From Rhina ancylostomus (lineage: Eukaryota): a stretch of DNA of 64,000 nucleotides. Positions 41,638 to 54,781 of the stretch are shown one piece after another. The DNA lies in contig JARFYF010000051.1 in the NCBI GenBank assembly GCA_030265395.1, positions 18,705,824 through 18,769,823 on the forward strand, given 5' to 3'. The notes beneath the pieces were generated by a model, which was given only the letters and a program-made list of their open reading frames with translations, did not search any database and was not told where the DNA came from. Numbering within the stretch: the stretch's first letter is position 1; every line of letters starts with the position of its first letter. A program made the position numbers and the translations under genes.

Positions 41638-41942
41638 CATCGGACATCTGCCTCATCTATTTTCTTTTCTGTCAAAGGTGTTTGCTTAATTGGAGATTTG
41701 TTGCCAGTTTCAGTGGGACTGACAGACTCCACTGCAGCAAGCAAAGATGATGGATGACTAGGGATAGCTTCCCCCTGCTCTCCACTAGCTTTTACACTGC
41801 TGCCATTGTCGTTGCTACTGGCCGCACTATTACCACTACCACCAACACAATGTGGTGACATAGCAACTGGAGAGAAGCTTTCTGATTTGGAACCACTTTG
41901 CCTTGCTTCCCTCTGCCTTTTACGATACTCCAGTAGAGAAAC
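41638..41942 (-). CDS. KMT2E: KMT2E exon (VSLLEYRKRQREAR...)
   Basis: ttccag|GTT TCT CTA...CGA TG|gtacgt. 305 nt, phase 0->2. Confidence 0.95.
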
Positions 41943-42329
41943 CTGGAAAAAGAAAGCAACTTTTAAATATAATATCAACCACCATCAGTTACTGAAAACT
42001 GACGTTACAAAATAACTTTTCTTCCTTCATTTTTTGCCACATATGTAATGTGCACATTACTCCACTGAAGTTCCCTTGAACCAAGCATTTAAGCACTTAG
42101 TTTTTTTTTAAAACATCTCAACAGTGTAAACCTGCTTTACAACATTCTCATTAATTTCATACTTCCTTACAATGTAGATGGTGACCATCTGTCTCATCTA
42201 CCCTCAAAACAATTGCATCAATTGCCTTCATCTACTTACTTCCCTGTAATCTATTCTTTCTCACATACCCATTAATTTCACCCCAACCACCAACACCCCC
42301 CCCCACTCCAGATTCTCCTACCATCCAGT

Positions 42330-42490
42330 GTAAGGGGTAATTTGCAAGGCCAGTACAACTTTTGGGATGTGGGAGGAAACTGGACTACCTGGAGGAAACC
42401 CACATGGTCACATTGAGAACATGCTAACTTTACATTTACAGGCATTAAGACTGAACCTGGTTGTGAGACACCAAATCCAGCTGCTATGCC
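42330..42490 (-). mobile_element. V-SINE (HE1-like) fragment
   Basis: tgtgggaggaaactggactacctggaggaaacccacatggtcacattgagaacatgc is the reverse complement of the V-SINE core (gtgggtttcctcc...gtttcctcccac). Confidence 0.7.
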
Positions 42491-42538
42491 TGTACTAAGA
42501 ATTCTGAAAACTATTGTTTATTTTGTTTATTCACTTAC

Positions 42539-43102
42539 TTTTTTCTTCTGTGGTGGATTTTGTGGCATACAATTTCCCTCTGTTGTACTGTCCCCATTAA
42601 TCCCTTTGCCAAAATTGATCATCCCGTCCTCAGAGCAGTAATAACCAGCTCCTTCTGGAAATGACAGTCTGGTGTCATCTTGAAGCATTTTCGATTCATT
42701 CGCCCTAAAGCCACCACCTATCTCCAACTGATGTGAAGGTGTAAGATCCCGAAGATTGGAATTCAATGGCGAGAAATTTAAGCTCGGTCGTTCTGGGCTC
42801 TTCATCCATGAAGAGTACACAGAGCCCATTCCACTGTAAATAGGTTCTGATTGGCTGTTTGCATCAGTCCGATCATGGTGAATAGGGCAATCTAAATCTT
42901 TGTGCAGTGTGTGCTGCTCACACAATTCAAATCCTGTCTGGAGTTCCGAAACAGGTTCAATACCACTAACACATTGGTTAATTTCTGTCCTGCTTCTTGG
43001 GCTAACATCTCCAATAGTCTTTACATCATGTAGTCCCATTTCTGTTAGGTTGGAGCTCCGTAAAGAATTCAGTGCTAAGAGGGAGGACACTTTGTCAGAA
43101 AT
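42539..43102 (-). CDS. KMT2E: KMT2E exon (...NSNLRDLTPSHQLEIGGGFR...QNPPQKKK)
   Basis: tttgcag|ATT TCT...AAA AAA|gtaagt. 564 nt, phase 0->0. Confidence 0.95.
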
Positions 43103-43849
43103 CTGCAAATTAAAAAGAATTGTGAGTATGTTACTTTTTCTTTTTTAAATTGAATGCTTTTTATAGGAAAGGATTTACTGTGGTATATCCAACAGTTGTA
43201 GATCACTACATAGAATGAAAAAAAGCTTTACCATTTCAAGATGCAAACTTCTGACACCCAGCCTACAAAGACTGCTCGATGTGTACAAACAGCTTCTGGA
43301 GAATTTTTTTTAAAAAACTTGATGCCTAAAACCTACTTAATTTCTTTGAGGCAATGGAGGAACAGCATCCCATAAAAGGATTAAAAAGAACTGTTCATGT
43401 AAGGGTGTTACGAATGTGTTGCTTCCTCTTCTTCTGAAAAAGCTAATCTACAAACTATTGTTTAATAGCTTTCACTGCTTGCTGTGCTGTTCTTAAGATA
43501 GCTTCTTCTGGATTATTATTCATGCATCAATTTGTGCTCAGATGCTCCTGGGTTAACGTTTGTTTACCCTGCTTTGGATGTAGAGTAGCTTCAAATCCAG
43601 CAAATTTCCATCTCTTAAGGACATTAGCAACAACTTTTTTAAATACAGCAATCTATCAGTTTCATTACTGGTTGTTATTATTACTGATATTGTTGCTTTA
43701 TTCAATGACTTAGCTGTGGGACTTGAATCCCCACACCTCAGTTAACAGTCAACATTCCAGTCTTCTTAGTTCAGTAGTTTAACTTTTATACTGTCAAACC
43801 CCTTGGAACTTCAGTCACTATCATCTTCTTGACCTAATTCTTGAGTTAA

Positions 43850-44226
43850 AGTTATGGATACCTTATAGAAGTACATAAAATCATGAGGGGCATAGACAAG
43901 GTGAATGGTCATAGTCTTTTTTCCCAGGATAAGGGAACTTAAAACTAAAAGGCATTGATTTAAGGTGAGGGGAAAAGAGTTAAAGGGATCTGAGGGGCAA
44001 TTTATTCCAGAGGATGTTGGTTAAGTGGAATGAGCTGCCAGAAGTGGTAAACACAGTACAATTACAATGTTTAAAATACATTTGAACAGGTACATGGATA
44101 GGGAAGGTTTAGAGGGATATTGGCCAAATGCAGAGAAATAGGACTAGCTCAGGTAGGCAATTTGGTTGGCATAGAGGAGTTGGGCCAAAAGGCCTGTTTC
44201 CATGTTGTACAACTCTGACTCTATGA
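43850..44226 (+). mobile_element. CR1-like LINE 3' end
   Basis: aaaatcatgaggggcatagacaaggtg...tggaatgagctgccaga...ggcctgtttccatgttgtac. Homologous to 18280-18620. Confidence 0.85.
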
Positions 44227-44301
44227 CAGAACATTTTTTTCTTATTATAAAACAAAAAAGTGCCATATTTAAATACAGTAAAGTAAATTACACCAAATTA
44301 C

Positions 44302-44358
44302 CTCATGAGTATAAATTCTTCGCTTAACTTCTGGGGAACTTTCAGGTGATGAAATGTT
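44302..44358 (-). CDS. KMT2E: KMT2E exon (NISSPESSPEVKRRIYTHE)
   Basis: ccaaag|AAC ATT...CAT GAG|gtaatt. 57 nt, phase 0->0. Confidence 0.93.
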
Positions 44359-45074
44359 CTTTGGATAGGGCAAAGGAGAGAAGACCAAGTTAAAATATGA
44401 ACAAAACCTACTTTAAGACTGAATTGAAAGAAAAGTGCTGTTTTACCTTATCAAATAAAAAGTACTTTATATTTAGTGATTTATTGTGCATCACAAATCA
44501 CATTCTATTTAATAGTGTTAAAAGCCAAGATAAACCACCTATTAAGGCTTACTTCATTTATTTTAATATGTACTATTAGGCTATAGCCTAATTACCACAA
44601 CTTTTATTAACTTGGCTTGAGAATTCTGTTTCTGGACTTGCTTAAAACCAATTACATCTCTAACTTTTCCAAGTTTTGAAGGTAATAAACGTCAAATGTT
44701 GACAGTTTCTCTCTTCATAGATGCTGCCTGGTTATCAGCATCCACAGTATTTAGCATTAAACACAGGTTACTGTTAGCATATCATTGTTATAATCGCTGT
44801 AGAAAGTTGTGCCTATTCTAATATAACGTATAAGATATAATGGATTTTCCAATCATTATTTGAGAGTATTATTGCTTATGGGAAGTCTTTAAACAAGTAT
44901 AAGCACAAATAAATAACCCACTGATTTTGTTCTAAGTCTGTAATGTGCAACTGTTAGTTAAAGAAGGTTATTGCACAGATTGCTCCAGGTCTGGTATTAT
45001 CAAATGAAAATAACTGAGACCATTTAAATTTTCAGTACCCAAATATTCCCTCTTTATCAAAACACAGAACTTAC

Positions 45075-45328
45075 TTCAAACTGCAGACTATTTCCATGAA
45101 GGTTGGGTGTTACAGGTGTCACTGGTGAATAAATAGGTTTCAGGCCATTTCTACAAGATTCATCTTCTATTCTTCCCTTTGTTGGAGTACTACACAAAGA
45201 AGGATCTGAGGCAGTGATATCGATAAATGGGGGAGTTGTCTGTGGAGAAGCGACTGGAGTGAAGGGCTCAGGTAGACCAGATTCTGTTAAATGGCGTAAT
45301 CTTCTTTTCTTTAAAGGAGTAATCAATT
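45075..45328 (-). CDS. KMT2E: KMT2E exon (ELITPLKKRR...KPIYSPVTPVTP...FE)
   Basis: ctttcag|AA TTG...TTT GAA|gtaagt. 254 nt, phase 1->0. Confidence 0.95.
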
Positions 45329-45569
45329 CTGAAAGATAAAGACAGAGGATGAGAGCTACAAAGCACTCCTCCAATAAGAGGACTAACTATCCATGATTAA
45401 CCAAAAAAGTTAAAAATATCGAACACACAAAAAAAACCTGTAATTGCACAAAGACGAGTGGTCAGAATAAAATAAAAGCAAAAAATGACTAAATGATCAG
45501 CAGGGAATGAGAAATTGAAGTGCAAAAGAAAGCCAAGTCAGCAATCTGAAAACATAATAAGAATTTCTA

Positions 45570-47475
45570 GTGATATTAAAAAAATTCCAATGGATTGGTC
45601 CACTGGAAAGTGAGTCCTGGAAATCAATAATGAAAATCAAGGAGGACAGATGAATAAAACAGGTACTTTGCAACAACCTTCAAGTAACATCACAGAAACA
45701 GCTGTAAATCGGAAGGGAAGGGAGGAATCATAAAAATTTGCAATTCACCAGGGAAGTGATACTGAGCAAACTGTTGGGAGCTGCATGCTGATAAGTCTCT
45801 GGGTCCTGACGGACTTCATCCTGGGGTTTTAAATGAAGTGGCTAGTGGGAATGCTGATGCATTAGTATTAAATTTTCCAGAATTCCTTAGGTTCAGGGAA
45901 AGATTTCATTAAATGGTTTGGAACAGCAAATCACAGAGTGTCGTGACACAAAGTGTGGGCTTGCTGTGGTGAGTGCAAGGACTTCAAGTGAGAAGGTAAT
46001 TTGGAGAGTGGCAAGGTGGACATTTCTATCTTTCTTTACTACTTTCATTCACTGAATAAAGCTATGTGCAGCAGTGGAGCCAGCTGAGTGGTAAAGAATC
46101 AATTAGATGGGTATCCTCTACTTTTCTGTTGTTGGGAAAGTGTTAGAAGCTATTTTAAATATGTTGTAATAAGGGAATTAGAAAAACATCAAGATAATAA
46201 GGCAAAGTCAACATGGTTTTGTGATAGGAAAATCACGTTTGACCAATTTATTGGAGTTCTTTGAAGTAGTAACATGTACTATGAATGAATGGGAACCACT
46301 CCATGTGCTGGGATCTCCAGAAGGCATTTCATAAAGCATCACATCAAGGGTTAATGCAAGTAATAAAAGCTCATGTGGGAGATAAAATTTTGGCACAAAG
46401 GTTGAATCTGCAGTCTCAATATTTTAACATTTTATGTAAATGGCTTGGATGAAGGCTCTAAAGATATGGTCGCAAAATTTGCTGAGGACACAAAGAAAGA
46501 TAGGAAAACAAGTTGTGAAGAGGATATCAGTTGGCTACAAAGGGATATGTTAAGTGAGTGACAGGTTGAGTGACTGAGAAAAATTTGGCAAATTTGGTAT
46601 AATGCAGGAAATGAGAAGTNNNNNNNNNNNNNNNNNNNNNNNNNNNNNNNNNNNNNNNNNNNNNNNNNNNNNNNNNNNNNNNNNNNNNNNNNNNNNNNNN
46701 NNNNNNNNNNNNNNNNNNNATTTGGTATAATGCAGGAAATGAGAAGTTTTGCATTTTGGAAGGAAAAATGAAAAAATATCTAAATGGTGAAATATTGCAG
46801 GATTCTGATCTGAGGAGGGTTCCAAATGTCCTTGTACATGATTTACAAAAAGCAGAAACAGTAATTGGGAAAGCTAATAGTGCATTATCGGTTATTGCTA
46901 GGGAAATTGAATACAAAAGTAGGGAGGTTACATTTCATTTATATAGGGCACTGGTGAGATCACATCTGAAGTATGGTAGACCATATTGGTTCTGTTATTT
47001 AGGGAAAGATGTTAATGCACTAGAAGTAGTTGAGAGAAGTGTGTGTTGTCTGGCGAGGAAAAGTTGAACATGCTAAATTTGCATTTGCTGGAGTTTAATA
47101 GAGTGAGAGACAACTTCACCAAAATATACAAGATCCTGAAAAATTCTGTATGGATGGATATAGAGAGGATGGTTCCTCTTGTGGAAGAGTCTAAAACCAA
47201 GAGTCACTGTTTAAAAATAAGGGGTCACTTATTTGAGAAAGTTGTGAGCCAAAATTTTTTCCACTAAGAGGACTGCAAATCTTCGAAATTTTTTTCCTTA
47301 AAAGGGTAACGAAAGTAGTCTTTTGAATATTTATAAGGCAAAGGTAGATAGATATTAAAAAGCAAATGGGTGAAAGAATTGCAGAGTTGAGATTAAAATC
47401 AGAACAGCTATGAATTTATTTAATTACAAAGCAGGATCGAGGGACCAAGTAGCCTACTCTTGCTCCTAATTTGTT
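45570..47475 (+). mobile_element. CR1-like LINE ORF2 fragment (interrupted)
   Basis: KSLGPDGLHP, SQHGFVIGKSRLTNLLEFF, AKFAEDTK and IAREIEYKSREVTFHLYRALVRSHLKY. 3' tail cctactcttgctcctaatt. Confidence 0.85.
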
Positions 47476-48139
47476 CATCAATTTTGACGACAAACTAACA
47501 TCATGAAATACGTTTAACAATTAATAGTTAAAGTCACTCTGCTTCTCTACCCCTGTAATCAACACATGTGCACTTTTGTTCCTTTACTAAATGAAATTTT
47601 AATCTCTCAAGAAATACAGGCCATCCTCAAGTTTGGCACCAATGTAAAATAACTAATAAGAATTAATTGAATGGCTTCTCAAGCTATGAAAATTTGAAAT
47701 AAAATGTCATATTAAACACAAGCTATCAAATAGAGACCAATTTTCCAAAGAACACCTCAGAACCTAAAGGAAAGTGACAGATTTTTTTCAGTGACTGTAA
47801 GACACAAAACAGAGATGGCCTAACATAGGTTATAGTTGTGATATAGAGAAAAGGAGATATCAATAAACAATGTGATTGTGTAGCATTTTGGTCAAATTTA
47901 TCATAGCCAAATCATCAGAAAACAATGACAAAAACTAAATTCACTCTATTGGTGGAATTGGGAATGCAAACTTAATTCTACGTTATTGATCCCAAATGAC
48001 CAACTCAGGTTTGGTGAAGATGGGATTCTTGTGGTGGCTGAGCAAATGAGAAATGATATCCACTACAATTTTGGATTTACTTGGATCAGATTAGTACGTT
48101 ATAACAATTATTGCTTAGTTGATTGTGATGTTACAATAC

Positions 48140-48290
48140 CTGTCAAACAGCAATTTCCACTGAGGGCAAGAGTGCCTGGGCTGTTAGTTTCTCCACTCAT
48201 TGCTGGACTTAGAGAGCCATCAAAGGAAGTTGAATCAAAGACATCAGCAACTGTTGAAGTCTCATCCTCCAAAGCCTGTTTTAACCAACG
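48140..48290 (-). CDS. KMT2E: KMT2E exon (RWLKQALEDE...)
   Basis: tttaaag|CGT TGG...ACA G|gtattg. 151 nt, phase 0->1. Confidence 0.93.
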
Positions 48291-48636
48291 CTTTAAAAAC
48301 AAATACTGGAATTAGATGCTATTCATACAAAAGCCTATAACTAGAATTCTCATTTTCTCAAGAGTCTTATTAATGCTCAGGTACGTATCTCATAAATTTA
48401 TGAAAAATAGTTTGTCTTCATAACTAATCCTCAAAAACAATTTAGATTGCAAATTCACTCAGCATGAATATTTGGGCACAGCCCCACATTAATCTCAATA
48501 TCTTAGCAGTTCTGAGCAACACATTAGGTCAAATATAGTAAATGATGATCTATGTTTTAAATAAGCTGTTATTATCATGCTAACTCATTAAAAACAAATT
48601 TACATTCACATCAAAAATCAAGTAAAAATATTTTAC

Positions 48637-48882
48637 CTTTTTACAAGATCCAACCTTTGGTTCCAGTGTTTCTTTCCGACGTCTTCTCTCTGTCAAGAAT
48701 GGGGAGCAAAAGCGAATATAGTGCTTAGGCGTTGTATATATATGAGGACTGTGTGCAAGGCCAGGTAACGAATTCAACTGTGTAGCGAGAACTTCAGGAT
48801 CAGTTGTTATTCTCAGAGGTCTCTCTAAAGGGCTGTCAAATAGTTTACCAGCCTTCTCATTCAACCATTCAGTGACCAAGTG
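48637..48882 (-). CDS. KMT2E: KMT2E exon ([10 protein letters not shown]...[23 protein letters not shown]...PKHYIRF...GSCKK)
   Basis: ttcccag|CAC TTG...AAA AAG|gtaaaa. 246 nt, phase 0->0, conserved KMT2E/SETD5 motif. Confidence 0.96.
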
Positions 48883-49039
48883 CTGGGAAAAAAAAACAAA
48901 TTTTTAAACCATTAATATAGTAATTAATTAGCAGTAGTTTTATGACAAAGTTTTCTAACATTAAGTTTCTAATTTTCCACAGGATTTTTTTTAAATGACT
49001 CATTATTCAGACTATTTTCTTACTCTATATTTATAACGA

Positions 49040-49340
49040 CAGAAGAGGCAGCCACTTAGCCCACTTGGTCCATGCCAGCTCTCATTAGTACTAAGTCCCC
49101 CTCTCATTTACCTGTACCCCCTCAACAATCCCTCTCACAGGTGCTTCTTTGATTCTCTTGACCATTAACTTATACTAAGAGGTGGTTTAGTCAACTATCA
49201 TATCAACGTGTCTTTGGGACATGAGGGGAAACATAAGTACCTGGAGGAAATCCATGTGGTTACACAGAGAACATGCAAACCTTGCAAACCAGGTCCCCAG
49301 AGCTGAGAGGCAGCAACACTAACTCCTGCACTATGTCATG
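49040..49340 (-). mobile_element. V-SINE (HE1-like) fragment
   Basis: gtacctggaggaaatccatgtggttacacagagaacatgcaaac is homologous to 42370-42430. Confidence 0.65.
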
Positions 49341-49440
49341 AACTTGTGATCCCATCACCATTGCTGAAGACTACATCTATTGATAACGTACTCGTTGACA
49401 ATACCAAAATAAACTAGACAAAGATCACTTAGGTGCACAC

Positions 49441-49809
49441 CTTTTTTGTTTTGGGATATTTAGGTGTGGTTTTGTTGATGGATGGTGATGGTGTTCCAGC
49501 TGATTCTTCTGCTGTTATTGTGGTTGTTTCTGTTGCTGCTACTGCTGCTGGTTCTACTTCAATTGCTTCTTCCTCCATGTTAGCATCACATGACCTAGGT
49601 GCAGTCTCAGCAAAATTATTTTCAACTTCATTCTGTTGGACATCGACTTCTGGAGAAGATGGAGGAATGTCAGAGCAGGTACTAACAGTTCTATGTCTCC
49701 GGCGTTGCTGTCCTATGTGAGTCCTACTGCGAGAGAAGCTTTTCCTCTGTTTTGCTCTGTTTATCTTGGCAGGATTTGGCTTACTTACGACTTCTTCCTT
49801 CACTGATTC
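49441..49809 (-). CDS. KMT2E: KMT2E exon (...[24 protein letters not shown]...KYPKTKK)
   Basis: cctcaag|GAA TCA...AAA AAG|gtgtgc. 369 nt, phase 0->0. Confidence 0.95.
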
Positions 49810-51544
49810 CTTGAGGAATAAACATTATAATGGTATGGAATTAATAATTTATACACACATCCCTGGATAAATTAAAAAAAGTTTTCTCTTAATGTTTAAC
49901 ACTAGAATAATAAATACCTGGCTTATGTTTTCTAAGATTTAAATGAGATAATACTAGAGAATGGCATTTCACATTGTACAAAATTGACTGGACTCTTGCA
50001 CTTTTCAACACAAGACTGCTTTCAATGAAACATGTTGAAATGTGAGCTGATTAATGCACTGTGAAGGTAACAGATTTTTCACACCTCAGTTCATGGCAGA
50101 AACAACAATTAACTACTAAAATTTAAGGAATGAAAATGAATCCCAGCATCAAGAGAAAAGAAGGGTTAATTGAGGTGGGCAAAGTAGTCAATTCCAGAAA
50201 GAGAAAAATATGGATAAAAGATCTGATCAGCAAAGAAACAAAACAAAAAAGAATTTAAAACAAAAACATGTCTGATAATTTAGTAGATATTAGTAATGTG
50301 GTAATGAGTTCTTGGCTGTCAATGTTGGACTCCGCAATCATAAAATGATGACAGGATACAAAATCAGGCAGTAATATGATAAATCGGAAGACAGATCAAT
50401 TATTTTTTGAAATCTTCAGCAATTAACATGCAAGAATAAGACTGAATAATTTAAATTAAACCCATTTCACAAGTCTGATTGGGATCGCTACATTAACCAT
50501 CACTACATCATTAAAGCACTCTTAATTAGCATGTGTAAATCATTATGGCATTTAATTTAAATCTTGCAAACTCTTAAAAATAAAAAAGAAAATTAAGAGC
50601 AAAATGCTGCTCGTATGCATCAAATAGCAGAGTGACATTAACGACCAGCAACTTACTGAGATTTGAAACGTGCAATCTATCTCTTGAATTTATTTGTCAC
50701 TTTGCATTTTCATAACCAAATACATCATTTAACGCCCTGTTATTCTTGCAGCAAGTTTTAGTCCACTGCTTTTTTTGTTCTGGGAAGATTATTTTTTGGA
50801 GCACATCATTTAGTTTAGAGTTATTCTGATCAAGTTCACTGTTTAGTGAAGCTCTAGCAAGTACTCAGCAATCAAGTTTATTTTCAGTAGCCAGTTAATG
50901 ATGTATATTGAGGACTGACAGCAATAGCATTGTAAGTGACATCTTGCAATTATCAAGGACGTGGCATCTCATTGCAGCTCCAAGGTCTAGTTATTGTATG
51001 CAGATGACACAAAGTCACATCATCTGTGCATGTGTCAAGAAACGAGAGTTGAAAAAATTGACACAAATTCTGTGAGAGCAAATGTTTATTCTGCATCTCA
51101 GATTTTTTGGTAGTGATTTGTGAATTCCATAAGGGCAAGTTTCCATTGCCCAAGCTGTTGCAACTCGGGAGCCGCCTGTATTTCTCTAATAGTAGGAAAA
51201 TTTTAAACCTTACAAAGAATATTTGCTCTCCTTCCAGGGGCTACCAGGCAGGATGCAAATCAACATCAAAATTTGACTAAACCCAAGCAGAAATGCATCA
51301 ATATTATGATTGAAGTCTTTGGCAGCGATTGGGTCTATGACTGCTGCCATTTTAATTGTGTGCAAATTATATGAAGTGGGAGAAAGCTTCAAAAAAGAAC
51401 CTGCCTATGTCTTGTACTTATTTTTCTTTGTTACCCACAAAGGCTGTTTTTCTACTGTCATCCCTTCTATCTGGTTTCTTTCTCTTTTTAGAATTTAGAA
51501 TGCATTCTGTCGTGTCCTTTCTCTGATATCCCAATACCACACAT

Positions 51545-52095
51545 TCATAGAAATTATAGGATTACTAAAAAGTTTTGACACAAGAAGTGATTTACCTCTG
51601 TTTGTGCCAGTAGAAAAAAGAGCTTCTCAACCTCATCCTACCAAGCTGCACTCAAATACTTTTTAAATGTGGTGAGAGTATCTGCTTCTATTGCCATATT
51701 AGGCTGTAAATTCCAGACCCCTTCCAGCCTCTGAATGAAATTCCATTCGCCCCATCAACCCTCTTATCCCACCAACTACTTTAAATCTATGCCTTTGGCT
51801 TTTGATTCTTCTTTTGAGGGAAATAAATCTTTCTTGTTTACTTTGTCTAAGTCTTTTGTGATTTATGGATCTCAATTACTAAGTTAATTTCTTCTTCCAA
51901 AGAATACAACCCAAGCCTATCCAATCTTTCCTCAGACCTTGAGTAAATTTTCCAGTCCTAGAAACATCCTAGTAAATGTCCCTTGCACCCTCTCCAGAGC
52001 AATCATAATTTTCATATAATGTGATGACCAGAATTGTAGTCAAACTGAAACCTATTGAACATCACGTACAATCCTAGTTCTTGTATTCTGTGGTT
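51545..52095 (-). mobile_element. CR1-like LINE 3' portion
   Basis: Reverse-complement remnants ttccagac, ttaaatctatgcct and tgcaccctctccag...gaccagaattg. Confidence 0.65.
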
Positions 52096-52209
52096 TGTGA
52101 AAGGAACAGCGGTATTTCTGGTAACCAAGACTTGAATAGTTTTTTTGATTGCCTTTAAAATGTTGATAATAAGTCATCCCTTTAAACTACTGTAGTGAAA
52201 TCTCTCACA

Positions 52210-52745
52210 AAACAGGAAAAAAAAGCAGATCTCTGAAATGAGAAACAGAATTAATGTTTTGAGTTAAAGACCCTAAGTCAGAGCTGGGAAAGAGAGATTT
52301 GAAAAAAGGTAGATCTAATTTGCAGAAAAGCTGGCACGAAGGATGCATAGGGCAAAGGCAGTGTCTGTGATAAGGTGAAATCAGGTTTGCTGTGGAAGTA
52401 GGATGTAGAGGTCCTCCAATCAAATGGGTTAATGGGGACAGTTAGAATGTGATGATACAAACAAAGAAGCACAATGTGTTTCTAAGAGCCAGAGTGTGGG
52501 ATATGCCCACAGGTCAAATTAATTGAGAGAGAAAAAATGATCCAATATCAGTTGCATGACTTAATGCAAAAATTGCCAGCTCTGGTACAGAGAGATAGAG
52601 TTGCTTGATATCGAATCTGGAAAGCTGTAACATGCTCAGACTAAAGATAAGATGTTGTTCCTCAGGCTTATGTTGGACCTCCTTATAACAGGGCAAGAGG
52701 CAACAGACAGGTCAGAGTGGGAAGGAGCCTCTCTAATTCAAGCAG
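52210..52745 (-). mobile_element. Penelope-like fragment
   Basis: Minus-strand peptide KPEEQHLIFSLSMLQLSRFDI resembles the Penelope GIY-YIG C-terminus. Confidence 0.6.
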
Positions 52746-54049
52746 TTGAACATGGATAAGTCAAGGATGTTTCTCTGAGAAGCTCCTGCAATGAAGCATT
52801 GAGGCTGAGATGAATGCCCTTCAAAAACCACAATGATTTTATTTGTTATGCACTATGTCAAATAGTGGACAGTTTAACAATAGGAAGTACAGCTCCATGA
52901 AGTTGCCACTGGTCAGTGTCCAGCTGAGTAACTTGATTAGCCACTTCAGAAAGGGTTAAGAATTATTCTTATTATTGTGGTTCTGGGGTCAAATGTAGGC
53001 CAAACTAAGCAAAGATGATAGATTTTGCTTCCCTTAAAGGCATTGGTTAGCCTGGTGGATACTGGCAACAAAATGGTAATTTAACTCTTACTATTCACAC
53101 TTGTGTCAAAACTTTTTAGTAATCCTATAATTTCTCTGAATGTGTGGTATTGGGATCTCAGAGAAAGGACACGACAGAATGCATTCTAAATTCTAAAAAG
53201 AGAAAGAAACCANNNNNNNNNNNNNNNNNNNNNNNNNNNNNNNNNNNNNNNNNNNNNNNNNNNNNNNNNNNNNNNNNNNNNNNNNNNNNNNNNNNNNNNN
53301 NNNNNNNNNNNNCATAGACCCAATCGCTGGCAAAGACTTCAATCATAATCCCTGGGACATCGCCATTTGCAACACTGCTGTAACTTCATTCACAACCATA
53401 CTGTAATTCCTGCCTGATTACAGGCAGCCTGATGAGCAGAGGCAAAAATAAAAAGGTAAAGAAGATTAAGAAACTAGTCAAGAGAGACAATAAAGAAAAT
53501 GATATTAAAAACTAGGGACGCCAGAAGAAATGTCATACATTAAAAAATATACCTGAAGCAAGCAATTCAAAAAAGTAGTCATTGAAAGATCCTAGGAAGT
53601 GACATGATAATCATGTGGCACTTGTATAATAAATGTACCGAATTACTCTTTTCATAAATGAGACCATCAGTGTCTCATAGCAAAAATCAAATACTTTTGG
53701 TAATAGAAGAATAACAAGAAAGCAATTAAAAAGGAAAAAAATCAAAATAAAGCAGTCATTGACCATGTCTCTAACTTCTTCAGTCTGGGTCCCTAATGTT
53801 ACTTATAGAAGAGGCTCGCAAAATAGGAGTACCTTAAGAATTAGAAAGTAATCTAATTGCAGTTTTTCTCAGTAAACCTAAAGGGTACTTAATAAACTAC
53901 AATCTAGTGGGCCAAATTACTAAATTTCTGTAAAAGGGGTAATGAATTGCTTGGATAGTAAAACTAATGGCAAGAGGAACCAGCATAAACTTACAGGAAA
54001 TAGGTTTGTTTTACTAATTTACTTTGAGGGAACAATAGAAATTCCATAC

Positions 54050-54211
54050 TTGTGTGGAATCTGAGATGGGTACTGCTTGTGTTTCTTTGCTCTCCAGTTT
54101 AACATCTTTCGCTGTGCTGATTCGCTCTAAAGCCTGTTCTCTTCTTTTCTCTCTCTTCTCCATCTTTGCAAATGCTTGCATGATGGCTTCCATTTTTCGT
54201 TCTTCTCTAGT
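54050..54211 (-). CDS. KMT2E: KMT2E exon ([35 protein letters not shown]...)
   Basis: aaacag|ACT AGA...ACA CAA|gtatgg. 162 nt, phase 0->0. Confidence 0.95.
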
Positions 54212-54741
54212 CTGTTTAAATAGGACAAAATGAAAAGGTAAATACATATCAAACTGTGTTAATATTAACATTTTATTGCACCCACAGTTTCTTAGATTGT
54301 ATCTGATAATGCTTTATGAACACAATCTAAGAAACGTATTATCTTTAGTAGCTCAAACATTAAATCATATTAAAGTGGATATATAAGTAATACATTATCT
54401 TCTTCATTCAGGTGGTCTTTAAATTATAAAGGGAATTTAAGTTGTATAAGCACACACACAAATGGATGCATGTTTTTCAGCTCCATTTATGTTTAGCCAA
54501 GAATTCTATCTATGTATATCATAAATTCTTTACAAATACCAGTTTTTCCTTTCCTTCTTACACTTTGTCTTATTTATATGGATATATTACCACCAAAGAT
54601 CTAGCTATAATGCTATATTTAAAATAAAAGATTTTATATATNNNNNNNNNNNNNNNNNNNNNNNNNNNNNNNNNNNNNNNNNNNNNNNNNNNNNNNNNNN
54701 NNNNNNNNNNNNNNNNNNNNNNNNNNNNNNNNNNNNNNNNN

Positions 54742-54781
54742 CATACACACACACATATATATACACACACACACACAACAC
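54742..54781. repeat. (CA)n/(TA)n microsatellite running into a gap
   Basis: catacacacacacatatatatacacacacacacac. Reads (UG)n on the KMT2E transcript. Confidence 0.85.

Larger units (their letters stand above)
51303..53349. repeat. Inverted duplication 51303-51584 / 53100-53349
   Basis: Both sides of the N gap in the right copy are near-perfect reverse complements of the left copy, with about 3 mismatches seen. Confidence 0.85.
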
